64,000 bases of DNA from an uncultured Chloroflexia bacterium (lineage in GTDB: Bacteria; Chloroflexota; Limnocylindria; Limnocylindrales; CSP1-4): positions 294,931 through 358,930 of the forward strand of contig CAWDFY010000002.1 of the NCBI GenBank assembly GCA_963801745.1, written 5' to 3'. Of this stretch, positions 11,292 to 22,743 are shown piece after piece. Made by a program: the position numbers and the translations under genes. Position 1 is the stretch's first letter; every line of letters starts with the position of its first letter. Under the pieces are notes generated by a model, which saw only the letters and a list, made by a program, of their open reading frames with translations, made no database searches and was not told the DNA's origin.

Positions 11292-12824
11292 GTGCTGGGT
11301 GGCGTCCGACCGAGCGGCGGCCGGCGCTCGTGGTGGCTGCGCGAGGCCCTCGCCGCGGAGGCGGCCGCGTCGCCCCACCTGGCGTCGGCCGCGCCGCCGT
11401 TGCGTGGCACGACGACCGCGGATGTGGTCATCGTCGGTGGCGGCTACACCGGGCTGTGGACCGCCCTCCGGATCACCGAGCTCGAGCCGGCGGCCCGAGT
11501 CGTGCTGCTCGAGGCGGACGTCTGTGGCGGCGGCCCGTCGGGACGCAACGGCGGCTTCGTGACGAACTGGTGGGACGACTTCCCGACGCTCATCGAGCGC
11601 TACGGCGTGGATGGGGCACGCGCGATGGGCGACGCGATGGAGGCCGCGGTCGACGAGGTCGGCGGGTTCTGCACGAGTAACGCGATCGATGCCTGGTACA
11701 CGAAGGCAGGTTCGCTGTCGGTCAGCGCCGCGCCGGCCCAGGACGGCTCGTGGACCGAGGCCGTGGAGGCGCTCCGCGGCCACGAACTGGGCGATCGGTA
11801 CGTGCCGCTGACCGCGGCGGAGGTCGCGGCGCGGGTCCGCTCCCCGGTGTTCCGCGACGGGGCGTTCATGCCCGGCGCTGCGACGGTCCAGCCGGCCACG
11901 CTCGCGCGCGGGCTGCGCCGCGTGCTGCTCGAGCGTGGCGTGGTGATCGCCGAGGGCAGCGAGGTCGTCGAGATCGACGGCCAACGGCCGGGCTCCCTCG
12001 GCGCGCTGGGAGCCGGCGCGCGCCAGGCACCGAGCCGGCGTGGCAACGGGGTCGGGTTTCGCCCGGTCCGGGTCCGGACGGTCTCCGAGGCGGGCGATGG
12101 CGAGGTCCTGGCCGGCGCGGCGGTCATCGCGCTCAATGCGTGGGCGGCGGGATGGCCATGGTTCGGACGGCGGTTGGTGACGTGGTCGTCGTACATCGTC
12201 CTGACCGAGCCGATCCCCGAGCGACTCGCCGACATCGGCTGGACCGGCGGCGAGGGGGTCGCGGATGCCCGGTTCACGCTCCACTACCTGCGGACCACGC
12301 CGGACGGGCGGATCGCGATCGGCGGTGGCGGCGGCCGGGCAGGGTTCGGCGGACGGATCGACGGCACGTTCACCGACGACCTCACCGCTGCCCGGCGGGC
12401 GGCCGCGGGACTCCGGCGGCTGTTCCCGTCGACCGCCGACGTCCGCATCGATGACGCGTGGGGCGGGCCGATCGACATCAGCGCCGACCACCTCCCGTGG
12501 TTCGGCTCGATCGACGGGCGGCCCGTCCACTACGGCCACGGCTACAGCGGCAACGGGGTCGCGCCGTCGCTGGTCGGTGGCCGGATCCTCGCCGCACGGG
12601 CGCTCGAGCGGGCCGATGACCCGGCGCTCGCCCTCCCACTCGCCGACGGCCGACCGCCACGCCGATTCCCGCCGGAGCCGGCGCGCTACGTCGGGGCGCG
12701 GCTCGTGCGCGAGGCGGCCGCCCGCCGCGAGTCGATCGAGGAGCGGGGCGAGGCGCCCGGTCGCCTGCTCCGCGAGCTGAGCCGGCTGCCGCGCCGACTG
12801 GGCTACCACCTGGGCCCGCACTGA
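11292..12824 (+). CDS. FAD-dependent oxidoreductase (DAO/PuuB-like)
   Basis: DVVIVGGGYTGLW, GGPSGRNGG, WGGPID, GYSGNGV. Confidence 0.85.
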   Translation: MLGGVRPSGGRRSWWLREALAAEAAASPHLASAAPPLRGTTTADVVIVGGGYTGLWTALRITELEPAARVVLLEADVCGGGPSGRNGGFVTNWWDDFPTLIERYGVDGARAMGDAMEAAVDEVGGFCTSNAIDAWYTKAGSLSVSAAPAQDGSWTEAVEALRGHELGDRYVPLTAAEVAARVRSPVFRDGAFMPGAATVQPATLARGLRRVLLERGVVIAEGSEVVEIDGQRPGSLGALGAGARQAPSRRGNGVGFRPVRVRTVSEAGDGEVLAGAAVIALNAWAAGWPWFGRRLVTWSSYIVLTEPIPERLADIGWTGGEGVADARFTLHYLRTTPDGRIAIGGGGGRAGFGGRIDGTFTDDLTAARRAAAGLRRLFPSTADVRIDDAWGGPIDISADHLPWFGSIDGRPVHYGHGYSGNGVAPSLVGGRILAARALERADDPALALPLADGRPPRRFPPEPARYVGARLVREAAARRESIEERGEAPGRLLRELSRLPRRLGYHLGPH

Positions 12825-12927
12825 CCGGGGCCGCCGCAGCGGGATCGGGCCGGAACGGCTAGAATAGGTGGGTCCCCCAAGCCCCCAGGCCCCCACGGAC
12901 GTGGTCCGTCCCCGCGCAGAGGTTCCC

Positions 12928-13110
12928 TTGAATAGCCGCCCGCCCGTCAAGCCTGCCAACGAGCCCTTCAAGCACGTGATCGACGAGTACAAGCACCAGG
13001 CCCAGACGATCACCTGCACCTGCGGCTGGCACGGCAGCTCGGCGACGATCGATCGCGCCGGGTCCGAGTGGACCGCCCACCTCGTCGAGGTCCGCGGCAA
13101 GAAGCGCTAG
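12928..13110 (+). CDS. Small basic protein with H..CxCGW..H putative metal site
   Basis: AGAGGT SD before TTG 12928; clean codon usage; TCTCGWHG...WTAHL. Confidence 0.55.
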   Translation: MNSRPPVKPANEPFKHVIDEYKHQAQTITCTCGWHGSSATIDRAGSEWTAHLVEVRGKKR

Positions 13111-13185
13111 CCGCCACCGCCAACGACCCACCCGCGACCCGGATTCGGATGATCCGGGTCGTTCTGTGTCCGGTAGCCTGTCGCC

Positions 13186-14511
13186 GTGGATCTGCCGACG
13201 GCGCCTCCGTTCGCTGTGCGCGGCCGGCTGCTGACCCCACTCGCAGCGGGCGCCGTCCTCCACGCGGCTGACGGCGTGGTCGAGGTCGATGCGGCGGGTC
13301 GGATCGCCTTCGCCGGTCCCGCCGCCGACCGCCCGGACGTCGCCGCGAGCGCGATCGACCTCCGACCGTGGGTCCTGCTGCCGGGCATGATCGACCTCCA
13401 TGCCCACCTGCCCCAGCTCCCGAACGCCGGGCTCGGTGCCGGCATGGACCTGCTCGCCTGGCTCGAGCGCTACATCTTCCCGCTCGAGCGTGGCTTCGAC
13501 GCCGAGACAGCGGAGCGCGTCGCGCCGGCCGCGTGGCGGGCCTTCGCCGCCGCCGGCACGACGACCGCCCTCGTCTACGGCGCCGTGTACGAGGCGAGCC
13601 TCGACGCGACGTTCCGGGCGGCCGAGGCGCACGGCATCCGGGCCGTCATCGGCAAGGTGATGATGGACCGCATCACCTACGACCCGACGATCGAGCCCTC
13701 GACCATCCTCGACCGATCGCTGGCCGAGAGCGCACGGCTCATCGAGCGGTGGCACGGCGCCGACGACGGCCGGCTGCGCTACGCCGTGACGCCCCGGTTC
13801 GCGGTGTCGTGCACGGCCGAGCTGCTGCACGAGTCGGCGGCCCTCGCGGCGTCGACCGGCGCCTACTGGCAGACCCATGTGTCGGAGGACAAGGGCGAGA
13901 TCGCGGAGGTCGCGCGGCTGTTCCCCGAGGCGATCGACTACGTCGACGTGTACGACCGGGCCGGCGGCCTCGGACCGCGGACCGTGCTCGCCCACGCCGT
14001 GCACCTGTCCGACCGAGAGCTGGGTCGATTGGTCGAGAGCGGGACCCGCGTCGCCCACTGCCCGCTCTCGAACCTGTTCCTCGCCTCGGGCGTGATGCCG
14101 CTCGGGCGGTACCTCGAGGCCGGGCTGTCGCTCGGCCTCGGCTCCGACGTCGCCGGCGGCCCCGACCTCTCGATCTTCAGCGTGATGCGAACCGGGTTCT
14201 ACGCGCAGAACGCGCGACGCGTCGCGGGCCTCGAGCAGGGGCCGGTGCTGGGTCCGCTCGACTGGCTCCGGCTCGGCTCGCTGGCCGGGGCGGAGGTGCT
14301 CGGGCTGGGCGACGTGACCGGATCCCTCGAGACCGGGAAGGAGGCCGACCTGATCGTCGTCGACCCGTCGTACGCGGCGCCGATCCCGGGCGTCGTCGAC
14401 GGCGAGCCGCACGACCTTGCCAGCCGCCTGATCTTCCGCGGCCATCCCGACATGGTGCGTGCGGCGTGGGTGCGCGGCCGCCGCCTGGAGGGGCCGGGAG
14501 CGCGAGGATGA
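13186..14511 (+). CDS. guaD: Guanine deaminase
   Basis: IDLHAHLPQ, YAVTPRFAVSC, QTHVSE, AHAVHL, HCPLSN, GLGSDVAGG. Confidence 0.88.
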   Translation: MDLPTAPPFAVRGRLLTPLAAGAVLHAADGVVEVDAAGRIAFAGPAADRPDVAASAIDLRPWVLLPGMIDLHAHLPQLPNAGLGAGMDLLAWLERYIFPLERGFDAETAERVAPAAWRAFAAAGTTTALVYGAVYEASLDATFRAAEAHGIRAVIGKVMMDRITYDPTIEPSTILDRSLAESARLIERWHGADDGRLRYAVTPRFAVSCTAELLHESAALAASTGAYWQTHVSEDKGEIAEVARLFPEAIDYVDVYDRAGGLGPRTVLAHAVHLSDRELGRLVESGTRVAHCPLSNLFLASGVMPLGRYLEAGLSLGLGSDVAGGPDLSIFSVMRTGFYAQNARRVAGLEQGPVLGPLDWLRLGSLAGAEVLGLGDVTGSLETGKEADLIVVDPSYAAPIPGVVDGEPHDLASRLIFRGHPDMVRAAWVRGRRLEGPGARG

Positions 14512-15333
14512 CGGTACTGCCACCCGAGGCCATGGTCTGGTTGTCGTCCCATGGGATCGCGCCGACGACGGTGCGTCGATTGGGCACGGCGCGCCACGGT
14601 GAGGTGTTCGCGGTCGATGGCCGCGTGTTCCGCTGGTACGGCAGCAGCTCGTTCCTCGAGCACGAGCCAGACGCCATCGCCCGCGAGGTCGCGGCCCTGA
14701 TGGCGCTCGAGGACACGCGGCGTACCCGCGCCGCGGCTGCTCGCGTCGAGCTTCGATCCACCGGCCCTGCTGACGACGATGCGACCCGGCCGGACCGAGC
14801 TCGACACGCGCGACACCGGGGCGATCCTCGCGATGCTCGAGGCCATCCATGCGACCGACGGGGTGCGACTGGCTGGGTGGTCGTACCGCGGCTACCACGA
14901 GGGCCGCGACCTGTCCCGACCCGGCTGGTGGCAGGACGAGTCGGTCTGGGCGCTGGCGATGGGCTCGTCGAAGGTCGGTCCCGGGACGACCGAGCCCGTC
15001 CTGATCCATCGCGACTTCCATCCCGGCAACCTCCTCTGGGGCGATGGCGGGATCAGCGGCGTCGTCGACTGGGCCAATGCCTGCCTGGGACCGGCGGCGT
15101 TCGACCTCGCGCACTATCGAGTCAACCTGGCGACCTTGTTCGGCCCGGAGGTCGCCGACGAGCGGTTCCCGGGCGATCCCGCGTGGGACATCGAGGCGGC
15201 GCTCGGCTTCATCGACCCATGGGACCCGGGGGCGCGCGACGCATGGGCGGGGCCCTGGCCGCATGCCTCGGCCGACGAGGCGCGGGCTCGGCTCGAGGAC
15301 TTCGTCGCTCGCGCGGTGGCCAACCTGCGCTGA
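14508..15333 (+). CDS. Aminoglycoside-phosphotransferase-like kinase (frameshift near 14720-14760)
   Basis: HRDFHPGNLLW and VVDW motifs. Confidence 0.75.
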
Positions 15334-15497
15334 CCCGGCGCGCCGGACAGTCCGGCTCGAGGTAGTCCGTCCCACATGCATGCGGTGGGTACGCTCGGTC
15401 TCACGCCCCGTTCCGCACCCATCGAGTGCACGTGGGACTACATCGTGTCGGAGGTGGCCGCCGCCCGCGGCTCCGGATGACCCGCTATGGTCGGAGC

Positions 15498-17091
15498 GTG
15501 ACCGACAGCGTCGACCTGATCATCACCGGCGGCACGATCGTCGACGGGACCGGGGGGCCAGCCGCGTGCGGGCACGGTGGTCGTCGAGGGCGACCGGATG
15601 CGCGAGCTCGGTCCGGCCGAGGAGCCGCCGCCGAACGCCGGCACCACGATCGACGCCACCGACCGCATCGTCGCGCCGGGGTTCATCGACCTCCACAGCC
15701 ACGGTGGCCTCGTGATCCTCGCCGAGCCGCGCCACGAACCCAAGGTCCGCCAGGGCGTCACGACCGAGATCGTCGGCGTCGACGGCAACGGCTTCGCGCC
15801 GTTCGCCCGGCGCGAGGACCTCGAGGCGTTCGTCCACCTCGACTCGGGCCTCGACGGTCGACCGGACATCGATCTCGGCTGGCGATCGGTCGCCGACTAC
15901 CTCGCCCGCTACGACGACAGCGTCAGCGTGAACATCGGCACGCTAGTCGGGAACTCGGCACTCCGCATCGACGCGCTCGGCTGGGACGACGTGCCCGCCG
16001 ACGAGCGGGCGATCGACCGGATGCGCGGCACGCTCCGCGATGCGATGGCCGAGGGGGCGGTCGGCGTGTCATCGGGGCTCGACTACCCGCCCGGCAGCTA
16101 CGCCACGACCGACGAGCTGGCCGCGCTGACCCGGGCCGCCGGCGAACACGGCGGCTTCTACCACACCCACGTCCGCTACCCGCTCGGCGACCGCTTCCTC
16201 GACCCGTTCAAGGAGGCCATCGAGATCGGCCGGCGGGCGGACGCGCCGAGCCACATCACCCACTTCTACCACCGCCAGACACACCCGGGCGGTCCCGAGC
16301 AGCTGCTCGCGCTCGTCGACGACGCGCGTGCCGAGGGCCTCGACATCACCTTCGACACGTACCCCTACGAGTGGGCGAGCACGCGCCTGCTGATCCAGCT
16401 GCCGCAGTGGATCCAGGCAGGCGGCCCGGTCGCCCTCAAGGAGCGCCTCGCCGACACGGCCACCCGGGCCCGGCTACGGACGGAGATGGGGCCCGCCTAC
16501 ACGAGCGCCGCCGGCTGGTCGGACCTGCGTCTCGGCAACTTCCGGCGGCCGGATCTGCTCCGCTGGGAGTCGCGCTCGCTCGCCGACGTGATGGCGGAGA
16601 CCGGCCAGGACGCGGTCGACGCGATCTGCGACCTGCTGCTCGCCGAGGATCTCGGCATCAGCCAGGTCACGAGCGGGCCGTGGACCGAGACGCTGCCCGA
16701 CTTCGTGAAGCACCCGGTCGGGATGGTCGGCACGGACTCGACGTTCCTCGGGGCCAAGCCCAGCCCCCGCACGTACGGCTCGTTCCCGCGCATCCTCGGG
16801 CAGTTCGTGCGGGACGAGCAGCTGTTGAGCCTTGAGCTGGCGATCCACAAGATGACCGGGGCCGCGGCCACCCGACTGAGCCTGAAGCAACGAGGCCTGA
16901 TCCGCGACGGCGCGTTCGCGGACCTCGTCGTGTTCGACCCGGCGACCATCCGCAGCAACGCGACCTATGACGAGCCGCGCCGCTTCCCGACCGGCATCGA
17001 CCACGTGATCGTCAACGGCACGCCGGTCGTCCGCGACGGGGAGCACACGGGCGCGACGCCAGGTCGCGGGATCCGTCTCGGGGTCGACTGA
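15498..17091 (+). CDS. N-acyl-D-amino-acid deacylase-like amidohydrolase (frameshift near 15560)
   Basis: APGFIDLHSH, GVTTEIVG, SSGLDYPPG, HPRTYG-like PRTYGSFPR, ADLVVFDP. Confidence 0.85.
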
Positions 17092-17106
17092 CCCGTCAGC
17101 GCCCGG

Positions 17107-17676
17107 TCAGGACCCCGGCGCGTAGTGGTGCCGGCGCTCCTCGGTGTACATCCGTTCCGTCGCCACGCGCACGACCGAGGCCATCGATGCATCGCCGGTC
17201 GAGCACGCCCAGCCGATCGACAGGCGCACGCCGATCGAGCCCGATTCGAGCCATTGCTCGCACGCGTGCCGGATGCGCTCGACGTAGTTGATCGCGAGGA
17301 TCTCGTCGGTCTCGGGAAGCATCACCCCGAACCGCCCCGGCTCGAGGCGAGCGACGTAGTCGGCGCGCCTGGCCAGACGGGCGATGGTGTCGCCCAGGGC
17401 AGGTTCGACCCGCTCGGCCGCGTCGGATCCCAGGCGCTCGGCCAGCCGGTCGAGACCGTCGAGGTGGATGATCGCTACGGTCGTCGCCCGGCGGTACCGC
17501 TGCTCGCGGGCATCCTCGTGGGCCAGCGCCTCTTCGAACGCGTCACGATCCAGCAGCCCGGTCAGGTGATCGCGTCCGCGCAGCGCGGGCAACGCGATCG
17601 AACCCGAGGCATATGCGTCGGGCTGGGCGCCACCTGCGGGCGGCGTGCCTCGTGCGGCGTGTTCGGATAGTTCCAT
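17107..17676 (-). CDS. Stand-alone degenerate GGDEF-domain protein
   Basis: DHLTGLLDR and RRADYVARLEPGRF (GGDEF replaced by EPGRF). Confidence 0.8.
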   Translation of the reverse strand: MELSEHAARGTPPAGGAQPDAYASGSIALPALRGRDHLTGLLDRDAFEEALAHEDAREQRYRRATTVAIIHLDGLDRLAERLGSDAAERVEPALGDTIARLARRADYVARLEPGRFGVMLPETDEILAINYVERIRHACEQWLESGSIGVRLSIGWACSTGDASMASVVRVATERMYTEERRHHYAPGS

Positions 17677-17813
17677 CTCGTGGGCCGGGATGATACGCGG
17701 GCCGACCCTGCAGAAATGCAAATCAAGCACGCTCGCGGCGGAAACGCGGTGACGTATCGCACCGAGCCATGCGGTCTGGTGAGGTCCGCGTCGGTGCCGT
17801 ATCGTCTCTGCGC

Positions 17814-20149
17814 ATGACGACCCGGACGTCGGCCCCTGACCCGCTCGTCATCCCGCCGACGACGCCCGTCCCCGGTCGAGCGCGCCCGGCCGGCCCGCTG
17901 CGACGCGAGGGGCCCGCCAAGCTGACCGGCACGGCCCTGTACACCGACGACATCGTCGTGCCGGGTGCCTGGTACGGAGCGACGATCCGGTCGACCGTCG
18001 CGCACGCCACGTTCGAGTCGCTCGAGCTCGACCCGACGTTCGACTGGTCGAAGGTCGTCGTCGTGACCGCCGACGACATCCCGGGCGAGAACGTCGTCAG
18101 CTCGATCAAGGACGACCAGCCGATCCTCGTGCAGGTCGGTGGCGAGATCCAGCACCACGCCGAGCCGCTCGCGCTCATCGCCGCCCCCGACCGGGCCACG
18201 CTGCGCGCGGCGTGCCGGCGGGCCGTGCCGCGGACGACGCCGCTGCCCGCGGTGTTCGACCCGGATGCCTCCGACCACGTCTTCGCCAGCTACGCCATCG
18301 AGCGCGGCGATCCGGACGCGGCGTTCGCCGCCGCGGACCTGATCCTCGAGGGCGAGTACCGGGTCGGCCACCAGGAGCAGCTGTACATCGAGAACAACGC
18401 GATGATCGCCGTCCCGACCGAGGACGGCGGCGTCACCGTCACGGGCTCGCTCCAGTGCCCGTACTACCTGCACGCCGCGCTCATGAAGGGCCTCGGGCTC
18501 GACGACCGGGCGGCGCGGGTCGTCCAGGCCGAGACCGGCGGCGGGTTCGGTGGCAAGGAGGAGTTCCCCTCGGTCATCGGGCTGCACGCGGCGCTGCTCG
18601 CCCGCAAGGCGCAGAAGCCGATCCGGATGATCTATGACCGCCACGAGGACATCGCGGCGACCACCAAGCGCCACCCAGCGATCGTCCGGCACCGCACCGG
18701 GGTGACCCACGACGGCGTGCTCATCGCCCAGGACATCGAGGTCGTGATGGACGGCGGCGCGTACTGCACGCTCACGCCGGTCGTGCTGTCGCGTGGCGCG
18801 CTCCACGCCGGCGGTCCGTACCGCTGTCCGAACGTCCGCATCCGGGCGAAGGCCACCCGCACGAACACGCCGCCCAACGGCGCGTTCCGCGGGTTCGGGG
18901 CGCCGCAGACCGAGTTCGCGGCCGAGACCCATCTCAACCGGATCGCCGAGGCGCTCGAGATCTCGCCGCTCGACATCCGGCGGCGCAACGTCTACCAGCC
19001 CGGCGACACGACCCCGACCGGCCAGGTGCTGCGCGACAGCGTCGCCGGCGAGGAGGTCCTCGAGCGCGCGGCGGAGGCCGCGGAGTTCGGGCACATGCGG
19101 ACACGGACCGGGGACGCGCGGCGGGCGCGCGCGGGTTCGGGCTCGGTACCCGGGTCGGCGCTGCGGACCGAGCGCGACCGGATCGCCTCGGGCGTCGGGC
19201 TCGCCCTCGCCTGGCACGGGGCCGGGTTCACCGGATCGGGCGAGGTCAAGCTGGCGTCGGTCGCCTCGCTCGAGCTGACCGCCGAGGGCCGGGTGCGCAT
19301 CCTGACCGCCTCGACCGAGATGGGCCAGGGCACCAAGACGATCTTCCCGCAGCTCGTGGCCGAGGCGCTCGACGTGCCCGAGGCCGACGTCGAGATCGCG
19401 CCGCAGGACACCGCCTACGTCCCGGATTCCGGGCCGACCGTCGCGTCGCGCACGGCGATGGTCGTCGGGGGGTTGCTCATCACGGCCGCGCGTCGGCTGC
19501 GCGAGCAGGTCGAGGCGGCGACCGGCGGCTCGTTCCGCGAGACGGCCGCCGCGTACGCCCGCGACCACGGCGCGACCCGCATCGACCAGCAGTTCGAGCC
19601 GTACCCCGGCGGCACGCCGTTCGACGACGCGACCTACACCGGCGACGCCTACCCGGCCTTCGGCTGGGCCGCGTGCGTCGCCCATGTCGACGTCGACCTC
19701 GACACCGGCGAGGTCCACGTCCGCGACGTGGTGGCCGCCGATGATATCGGCCGGGTCATCCACCCGGTCCTCGCCGAGGGCCAGGTCGAGGGCGGCACGT
19801 TGCAGGCCGTCGGCTACGCCACGGTCGAGGAGATCAAGCTCCGCGACGGCCGGTACCTGAACGACCGCCTCGCGACGTACATCATCCCGACTGCGCTCGA
19901 CGCGCCGCGCATCGAGACGATCCTCGTCGAGGCACCGTTCGGGGGCGTGCCCCACGGCGCCAAGGGGGTCGGCGAGCTGCCGATGGACGTCGGGGCGCCG
20001 GCGGTCGTCGCCGCGATCGCCGATGCGACCGGTACCTGGATCACGGACCTGCCGGCCAGCCCGGAACGGATCATGGCGGCGCTCGCCGGCCGGCCCGATA
20101 TCGCGGGACCGCGACCCGCGGAGTCCGAGCCGATCCGGGACGTCGCCTC

Positions 20150-20153
<4 letters not shown>
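17814..20153 (+). CDS. Xanthine dehydrogenase family molybdopterin-binding subunit
   Basis: GGGFGGKE, AFRGFGAPQ, EMGQG, TVASRT, QVEGG, KGVGE. Confidence 0.92.
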
Positions 20154-20617
<464 letters not shown>

Positions 20618-20621
<4 letters not shown>

Positions 20622-20879
20622 GCCCATCGGGTGACCGAGTCGCCGTCCCGACCAACGGACACCGCCCACCGCATGACCGACCCGGAGGTCGACAGCCACC
20701 TCGCCGAGGCGACGGATCTCGGCAGCGGCGCCCCCGATCTCGAGTCGATCGGCCCGTCGCGGATCGGCGTGGCGGTGGCCCCGCCCGCCGTGTCGCCGGG
20801 CCAGCTCGCGGTCGGGCTCGGCATCGTGGCCGGGGTGATCCTGCTGATCCTCGGTATCCGTCGCCCCCGGGGCGGCTGA
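20618..20879 (+). CDS. Small single-pass membrane protein inside the xdh operon (probable frameshift near 20670, or start at 20673)
   Basis: ATGA overlap at 20618; C-terminal helix GQLAVGLGIVAGVILLILGIRR. Confidence 0.5.
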
Positions 20880-20899
20880 GGTCCGAGCCGAACCCGTCG

Positions 20900-21760
20900 A
20901 TGCCGGTCGAGCCGCCCGTCACCAGCCCGCGCGACCTCGCGACCGCGTACGCCGCGCTCGGCGCGGGCACGCCCGCGATCCCGGTCCGACCCATCGCCGG
21001 CGGCACCGATCTGATGGTGGCACTCACCGGCGAGCTGGGACCACCGCCGGCGAGCCTCGTCGACCTGTGGGCCATCGACGCGCTGCGCGGCATCGCGATC
21101 GACGGCGACGCGCTGTCGCTCGGGGCGCTCACGACCTACACCGACATCCGCCGCTCGGCGCTGTGCCGCGAGCACGTGCCCGCCCTGGTCGAGGCGGCGG
21201 CGACGATCGGGGCGGCCCAGATCCAGAACCGGGGCACGCTCGGGGGCAACATCGCGAACGCCTCGCCGGCGGGCGACACCCTGCCGGTGCTGCTGGCGGC
21301 CGATGCCGTGTTCGTCCTCGGCTCGGAACGGGGTGAGCGTGAGGTGCGCGCCGACGAGTTCTGGACGGGCTACCGGCAGACGGCGCTCGCCCACGACGAG
21401 CTCGTGGTCCGGATCCGCATCCCGCTCGTCGCGGGCCGCGAGATGCGGTTTCGCAAGGTCGGCACTCGCCGGGCCCAGGCCATCAGCAAGGTCGTGATCG
21501 CGGTCGCGTGGCAGGGCGACGGGACGTGGCGCGATGTCCGCGTCGCGCTCGGGTCGGTGGCGGCCACCCCGATCCGGGCGACCGCCACGGAACGCGCGCT
21601 CGAGGGGCTCGCCCCGACGCCCGAGACCGCCGACCGGGCGGCGGAGATGCTGGCCGGCGAGCTGGCACCGATCGACGACGTCCGGTCGACCGCCGAGTAT
21701 CGCCGCCTCGTGGCGGCGCGGGTCCTCCATCGCATCGTGCGCGAGGCAGGCGGCTGGTGA
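20900..21760 (+). CDS. Xanthine dehydrogenase family FAD-binding subunit
   Basis: IAGGTDLMV, QIQNRGTLGGNIANASPAGD, DDVRSTAEYR. Confidence 0.92.
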   Translation: MPVEPPVTSPRDLATAYAALGAGTPAIPVRPIAGGTDLMVALTGELGPPPASLVDLWAIDALRGIAIDGDALSLGALTTYTDIRRSALCREHVPALVEAAATIGAAQIQNRGTLGGNIANASPAGDTLPVLLAADAVFVLGSERGEREVRADEFWTGYRQTALAHDELVVRIRIPLVAGREMRFRKVGTRRAQAISKVVIAVAWQGDGTWRDVRVALGSVAATPIRATATERALEGLAPTPETADRAAEMLAGELAPIDDVRSTAEYRRLVAARVLHRIVREAGGW

Positions 21761-22743
21761 ACCGGCGTGGGTTCGCGGCGCTGCTCGGCCTCGGCTTCCT
21801 GTCGGCCTGTGCCGCGCCCGCGGCGAGCCCGTCGGCGACGACCGCCCCGTCGAGTTCCGCGGGCGGGACCGCAACGCCGCCCGATGGACGGATCGCATTC
21901 GCGCGGACGGTATTCGACACGGCCACGAACACCCCGACCGGGGGCGACCTGTGGAGCGTCACGACCGACGGGTCGGATCTGCAGCCCCTGACCGACACGC
22001 CAGAGATCGAGCTGTTCCCGGCCTGGTCGCCGGACGCCACCAGGCTGGCGTTCGTGCGCCTCGAATCAACGACGAGCGGCGACATCTGGCTCATCGACGC
22101 CGACCCGACCGCCACCGACCGGCATCTCATCCAGCTGACCGACGGCCCCGGACTCGAGGCCGCCCCGGCCTGGTCACCCGATGGCCGCTCGATCGCCTAC
22201 GTCGACGACTGGCAGGAAGCGCCGAGCGTGTGGATCCGTTCGTCGGACGGAACGGACGACGCACGACGCGTCAGCGACGGGAACTGGCCATCGTGGACGC
22301 CGGACGGGATACGCCTGCTGATCACGGTCGGGGCCGACTTCACGGACACCGAGCTGGCCTACGTCAGCATCGAGGGTGGCGAGCCCGACGTCCTGCCGAT
22401 CCAGGTCCCGAACGCATCTGAGGGTGCCGTCAGCTCGGTCGGCGAGATCGCCTTCGTGTCGAGCGCGAACGACTACGCCAACAGCGATCCGACGACCTGG
22501 AACGAGGACGTCTACTCCGTGGGGTCCGACGGCACACGAGGCCCGACGCAGATCACGAACACGCCCGAGAACGACCACTGGCCGCCATCGTGGTCACCGT
22601 CGGGCGACTGGCTGGCGTACACGAACGACGGCGGCAGGGCCGGTTCGCGGATCGCGATCGTCATCGGGACGCAGGAGCCGATCTACCTGACCGAGGGCGC
22701 GTTCGACTCGTTTCCGGCCTGGCGACCGGAGCCGGCGCCGTGA
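21757..22743 (+). CDS. TolB-like PD40 beta-propeller lipoprotein
   Basis: Lipobox LSAC; repeated PAWSPD / PSWTPD / PSWSPS motifs. Confidence 0.78.
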   Translation: MNRRGFAALLGLGFLSACAAPAASPSATTAPSSSAGGTATPPDGRIAFARTVFDTATNTPTGGDLWSVTTDGSDLQPLTDTPEIELFPAWSPDATRLAFVRLESTTSGDIWLIDADPTATDRHLIQLTDGPGLEAAPAWSPDGRSIAYVDDWQEAPSVWIRSSDGTDDARRVSDGNWPSWTPDGIRLLITVGADFTDTELAYVSIEGGEPDVLPIQVPNASEGAVSSVGEIAFVSSANDYANSDPTTWNEDVYSVGSDGTRGPTQITNTPENDHWPPSWSPSGDWLAYTNDGGRAGSRIAIVIGTQEPIYLTEGAFDSFPAWRPEPAP

